Positions 59,985 through 64,000 of a DNA stretch of 64,000 nt are shown here, one piece after another. The notes under the pieces are model-generated. The model was not told the DNA's origin, searched no databases, and saw only the letters and a list, made by a program, of their open reading frames with translations. The stretch lies in contig CAVYRF010000002.1 in NCBI GenBank assembly GCA_963770895.1, positions 480,001-544,000 of the forward strand, given 5' to 3'. The position numbers and the translations under genes are program-made. Positions within the stretch are counted from its first letter, which is position 1. The number at the start of each line of letters is the position of its first letter. Source of the stretch: an uncultured Acidobacteriota bacterium. Its GTDB lineage: Bacteria > Acidobacteriota > Thermoanaerobaculia > Multivoradales > UBA5704.

Positions 59985-62009
59985 CTAAGGTATCGGCCGC
60001 GCCGTCGCGTCCACCCCGTCCACCAGGCTGGCCGTCGCCACCACCGCCAGGGTGGTCGCGACGGCGGTGAACAGACCGATCAGCAGCAGCCGCAACCGCG
60101 CCGGGTCGGTCTGACGGGCCAGCCGCTCGTCGAGCGTCGCGTGGTCGTAGTCGGGCAGCTCGGGCGCGATCGCCATCATCTCCTGGTGCAGGCGGCTGCG
60201 CAGCTCGTCGGGCACCGTCCCCAGCCGCGGCCGCACCATGAAGTTGACGGTCAGCGGCAGGCGCAGCGGGAACTGCAGCAGCGACAGGTAGATGTCGGGC
60301 GCCGGCGGCTTCTCGGCCTGGACGCCCTGCCAGCGGACGTCGGCGACCACGCCGATGACGGTCAGCCAGGGCTTGCGGTAGACGTCGCGCGTGTCCAGCT
60401 TGAGGCGCTTGCCGAGCGGGTTCTTGCCGGGCCACTGCTGCTCGGCCATGGCCCTGCTGATCACCACCGCATTCGAGCGCACGTCGCTCGAAAAGAAGCC
60501 GCGGCCGGCCAGGATCGGCACGCCGAGCATGGTGAAGTAGCCCGGCGTCACGGCGTGCATCGTCGCCATGTAGGTGCCGTCGGGCGCATCGCTGGCATGG
60601 TCTTCGGCGGTGATGGAGCCGGCGGCCCAATCGTCGGCAGGCAACGTCGGGTTGACAAGCGCCAGCGCCTGCACCCCGGGCAGGGACGCCAGGCGCGGCA
60701 GATACTGCTCGTCGATCAACTTGCAGACCCGCCAGTCGGCGAGGTAGCGCGGCCCCTGCAGGTCGACGCGCCAGGTCAGCAGTCCCTGGCGCCGAAAGCC
60801 CAGGTCGGCGTTGACCAGCGCTTGAAAACGCGCCGCGGACAGCCCGGAGCGGGCGATCAGGACGACGGCGAGCGACACCTGCGCGATCGCCGCGGCGCCG
60901 CGCCACCACCGCCGGCCGCTGCCGGGGCGCGCCAGCCAGCGCGCCGCGCCGGCACAGACCAGGCCGCAGGCGGCGGCGACGCCGGCGACCGCGACGGCCA
61001 CCTCGGGGTCGAGCGCCACGTGCACGAAGGGCGGCAGCGCAATGCTGCCGGCGGCGAGCAGCGCCGGCGTGATCCAGCGCGCCAGCAGGCACCCCACAAT
61101 CGCGCAGCCGAGCGCCGCGGCCAGGCTCCACAGCCACAGGCGCCGGCCGCCGCCCCAGGCGCGCAGCAGCAGCGCGACGTCGACGCACGCCAGGACCAGC
61201 ACCCACCCGGCGGCGGCGCAGACCTCGGCCAGGCCGCGGCGCAGCGGGCCGAACCAGGACTCCTTGAGCGGCGTCACCCGCACTCCCACGCCGCTGTCCA
61301 CGTCGGGGAACTCGCGGGCCAGGGCGGCGGCGATGCCGCTCATCTGGGCCTGGGCCTGCGCCGGCGACACCGCCGGCTTGAGGCGCGCCACGCCGCCCGC
61401 CCAGCGCATCCGCCGCACCGTCAGGTAATCGCGGGCGGGCGGCAGCATCGACGGCACCCACAGCTCGGCCAGCCCCGACACACCGTGGAATCCTGGCGGC
61501 GCGACGCCGACCACCTGGTAGGCGGTGCCGTTGAGCTGCAGGGTGCGGCCGACCAGACCCGGATCGGCGCCGAAGCTCGACCGCCAGAGTCCGTCGCCGA
61601 TCACCACCACGTAGCGCTCCAGCGGCCGCGCGTCTTCCTCCGGGGTGAAGAAGCGCCCCAGCTGCGGCGCCATGCCGAGCACCGCCAGATAGCTGTCGTC
61701 GACCAGCTCGCCCCACAGGCGCCGGGAACGCCTGGCCTGCTCCAGGTTGAACGCCAGCGGTGCGTACAGCGACATGTCCTCGAACACCGTGTTGCGCCGC
61801 CGCCAATCGGCGAAGTCCGGCTGCGACGCCCGCCACGCCTTGACCTCGCCACGCTCGGCGAACGTGCCGTCGAGCAGCACCAGGCGGCCGGGGTCGCGAT
61901 AGGGCGTCCCGTCCAGGACGACGGCGCGTTCGACCATCGCCACCCCGGCGACGGCGGCAAAGGCAAGGGTGAACAGCAGGGCCACGGCGGCGGCCCGTGC
62001 GGCGTTCAT
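59985..62009 (-). CDS. ADOP/MacB-like ABC permease, shortened
   Basis: Two MacB-type periplasmic domains (PYRDPGRLV, LGRFFTPEED, WRSSFGADPGLVGR, VTPGYFTMLGVPILAGRGF, VIGVVADVR). Confidence 0.8.
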   Translation of the reverse strand: MNAARAAAVALLFTLAFAAVAGVAMVERAVVLDGTPYRDPGRLVLLDGTFAERGEVKAWRASQPDFADWRRRNTVFEDMSLYAPLAFNLEQARRSRRLWGELVDDSYLAVLGMAPQLGRFFTPEEDARPLERYVVVIGDGLWRSSFGADPGLVGRTLQLNGTAYQVVGVAPPGFHGVSGLAELWVPSMLPPARDYLTVRRMRWAGGVARLKPAVSPAQAQAQMSGIAAALAREFPDVDSGVGVRVTPLKESWFGPLRRGLAEVCAAAGWVLVLACVDVALLLRAWGGGRRLWLWSLAAALGCAIVGCLLARWITPALLAAGSIALPPFVHVALDPEVAVAVAGVAAACGLVCAGAARWLARPGSGRRWWRGAAAIAQVSLAVVLIARSGLSAARFQALVNADLGFRRQGLLTWRVDLQGPRYLADWRVCKLIDEQYLPRLASLPGVQALALVNPTLPADDWAAGSITAEDHASDAPDGTYMATMHAVTPGYFTMLGVPILAGRGFFSSDVRSNAVVISRAMAEQQWPGKNPLGKRLKLDTRDVYRKPWLTVIGVVADVRWQGVQAEKPPAPDIYLSLLQFPLRLPLTVNFMVRPRLGTVPDELRSRLHQEMMAIAPELPDYDHATLDERLARQTDPARLRLLLIGLFTAVATTLAVVATASLVDGVDATARPIP

Positions 62010-62036
62010 CGGCTCACCGGTGGGGCGTCCTTTCGG

Positions 62037-62879
62037 TCACGCAACTCCCATGCTGGCGCCGCCGTCCACTTCGACGGTGCGGCCGGTGAAGAACTCGCAT
62101 TCGATGATGAAGCGCACCGCCTGCCAGATGTCCACGGGCCGGCCGAGACGTGCCAGCGGGATCGCCGCCTTCAGGCGGTCCATGGTCTTCTCCGAGAAAC
62201 CCTCCAGAAATCCGGTTTCGGTCACGCCGGGAGCCACGCCGCCGACGCGGATGCCGTGGCGCGCCAGCTCCAGCGCCCAGGTGCGGGTGCAGGCGTCCAG
62301 GCCGGCCTTGGACGCCGCGTAGTTCGACTGGCCGGGGTTGCCGGCGCGGGCGATCGACGACAGGTTGACCACCACCGCATCGCGCACGCCGGCGGTCACG
62401 GCGTGGGCGGCGAACGCCCGCGTCATCAGGAACTGGCCGGTCAGGTTGACGTCGACCACCTTGCGCCACTGCGCCAGCGGCAGGGTTTCGACGGCTCCCC
62501 CGGCGGCCGCCGCGCGCTTGACCAGCAGGCCGTCGCGGGCGATGCCGGCGCTGTTGATCAGCACGTTCAAGCCGCCCATGCGCTCGGCGGCAAGGTCGAC
62601 GAACGACGCCACCGACGCTTCGTCGGTGATGTCGAGCTTGGCAACGAACAGGCGGTCGCCACAGTCCTCCCCGGCGCCGCCGGACCCTCCGTCGCCGGCC
62701 TCACCGGCCTCGCCGGCCTCAAGGTTGCCGCCGGCCTCGGTCACCAGGCGGCGCAGACCGGCGGCGTTGCTGTCGCCCGCCGCCACCCGGCCGCCGGCGC
62801 GCAAAATCTCCAAGGCAAAGGTGCCGCCCAGACCGCCGCCGGCGCCGGTTACGATCGCTTTGACGTTTGCTGGCTGCAT
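62037..62879 (-). CDS. SDR family oxidoreductase (FabG-like)
   Basis: TGAGGGLG, INSAGIARDG, NLSS, YAASK, VDGG. Confidence 0.9.
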   Translation of the reverse strand: MQPANVKAIVTGAGGGLGGTFALEILRAGGRVAAGDSNAAGLRRLVTEAGGNLEAGEAGEAGDGGSGGAGEDCGDRLFVAKLDITDEASVASFVDLAAERMGGLNVLINSAGIARDGLLVKRAAAAGGAVETLPLAQWRKVVDVNLTGQFLMTRAFAAHAVTAGVRDAVVVNLSSIARAGNPGQSNYAASKAGLDACTRTWALELARHGIRVGGVAPGVTETGFLEGFSEKTMDRLKAAIPLARLGRPVDIWQAVRFIIECEFFTGRTVEVDGGASMGVA

Positions 62880-62906
62880 CCTGTCTCCCGTCTCTGTCGC
62901 GAAGGG

Positions 62907-64000
62907 TCAGCGGCCGCCGGCGGCCGGCCGCTGCCGGAGCTGAGCGCCGGGCGCCGGGCGCGGCGCCGCATGCACCTCGCGCGCCGCGCGGTTGCCGGAT
63001 TCGAGCGCCCCCTCCATGGTACGGGCGAGCAGCGAAGTGTGCTCGCCGGCGAAGTGCACGGCGCCCACCGGGCGGGCCAGCTCGGGCTGCCACTCGGTGA
63101 GCTGGCCCGGCCGCCACCACGCGTAGCCGCCGCCGGCCCAGGGGTCGGCGCTCCAGGCCACCGCGGTGCCGGTTTCGAACGCGGCGCGGAAGCCGGGATG
63201 GACCTGCTCCATCGCCGCCACCGCCTGCTCGACCTGGGCCGCCTGGCTCATGCCGGCGAAGCGCGCCGCCTGCGGCCCCTTGACGTGGCATTCCAGGATG
63301 CCGCGCGCCGCCGTCTCCCCCTGGCGCGCCAGCGGCTGTTCGGCGACCTGCTGGATCGGCAGGTCGGTGAAGGCGCCGCCCGCCGTGCCGGCGGCGGTCC
63401 AGCAGTCGCGGCGCGCCTGCAGGTAGATGCGGGTGACCGGGTTGTACTGCAGGTCGTCCAGGATCTGGCGGCGCCGCGGCGGCAGCGCCGGGGTCAGGGC
63501 GATGCGGCGCAAGGCCGGCGCCGGCACGGCGCAGACCACGCGATCGGCGACCAGCGACTGGCGCGCCCCCGCCTGGTCGAAGGTCACGCGGACGCCGCCG
63601 GCTTCCTGCGCGATCGCGGCCACCGGCGCCTGGTAGCGGAGACGCGCGCCGAGCGCCGCCGCAAAGGCGCGCGGCAGCTGGTCGGTGCCGCCGGCCAGGA
63701 CGCGCGTCGGCGCGCCGCGATAGTACAGGGCGACGTCCGACAGCAGCCGGTGCAGGGCCGACACCTGGTCCCAGCCGTAGCCGAACCACAGGCCGTCGCC
63801 CAGCAGCTCGACGGCGGCGGCGGAAGCCCCCTGCTGCGCCAGGTGCTCCGCCAGGGTCACGGCGTCGTAGCTCTTGAACGGTTCGACGCTCCACGCCGGA
63901 TCGGTGGGATCGCCCAGGGCGCGCAGCGCCGGCGAAAAATACTTGCCGAACATCTTGGCAAAGCCCAGGCCGCGCTCCTCCGCGGTGAGCGCGAACGGCC
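62907..64000 (-). CDS. Flavin monoamine oxidase/amino-acid oxidase family protein (5'-partial)
   Basis: GGTDQLP, ADRVVCAVP, WSADPWAGGGY, HFAGEHTS...MEGALESG; frame stays open to the window edge. Confidence 0.85.
   Translation of the reverse strand, partial: PFALTAEERGLGFAKMFGKYFSPALRALGDPTDPAWSVEPFKSYDAVTLAEHLAQQGASAAAVELLGDGLWFGYGWDQVSALHRLLSDVALYYRGAPTRVLAGGTDQLPRAFAAALGARLRYQAPVAAIAQEAGGVRVTFDQAGARQSLVADRVVCAVPAPALRRIALTPALPPRRRQILDDLQYNPVTRIYLQARRDCWTAAGTAGGAFTDLPIQQVAEQPLARQGETAARGILECHVKGPQAARFAGMSQAAQVEQAVAAMEQVHPGFRAAFETGTAVAWSADPWAGGGYAWWRPGQLTEWQPELARPVGAVHFAGEHTSLLARTMEGALESGNRAAREVHAAPRPAPGAQLRQRPAAGGR

Overview
High-GC bacterial chromosomal segment, most likely Acidobacteriota (inferred from an ADOP-type permease and the gene neighbourhood). 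Positions 1-5.8 kb and 25.5-64 kb look like core genome: EamA, Ca2+/H+ antiporter, PIN-PhoH, hbd, an ECF sigma/anti-sigma unit, HEAT-cyclophilin, ccmABCDEF, aroK/thiE/accCB, pilMNOPQ plus Ig-domain lipoproteins, rpmB, rel, permease, SDR and an amine oxidase. Positions ~5.8-25.4 kb form an accessory region with an aromatic-catabolism operon and, as the main finding, a cluster of four paralogous XRE-HTH + TPR-like regulators (three with tandem HTHs) interleaved with three small signal-peptide-bearing ORFs that share a Trp-rich segment and a D-x-G-C-x-x-D-P-x-G-x-C-like core. The regulator/peptide/regulator module occurs twice in inverted orientation. A near-perfect 267/268-bp direct repeat of the flanking TPR gene's 3' end separates the two cassettes. 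The layout resembles Firmicute RRNPP peptide signalling, but that function is inferred, not shown. No rRNA, tRNA, CRISPR array, integrase or transposase was recognised. Family calls come from motif recognition only, without database searches.
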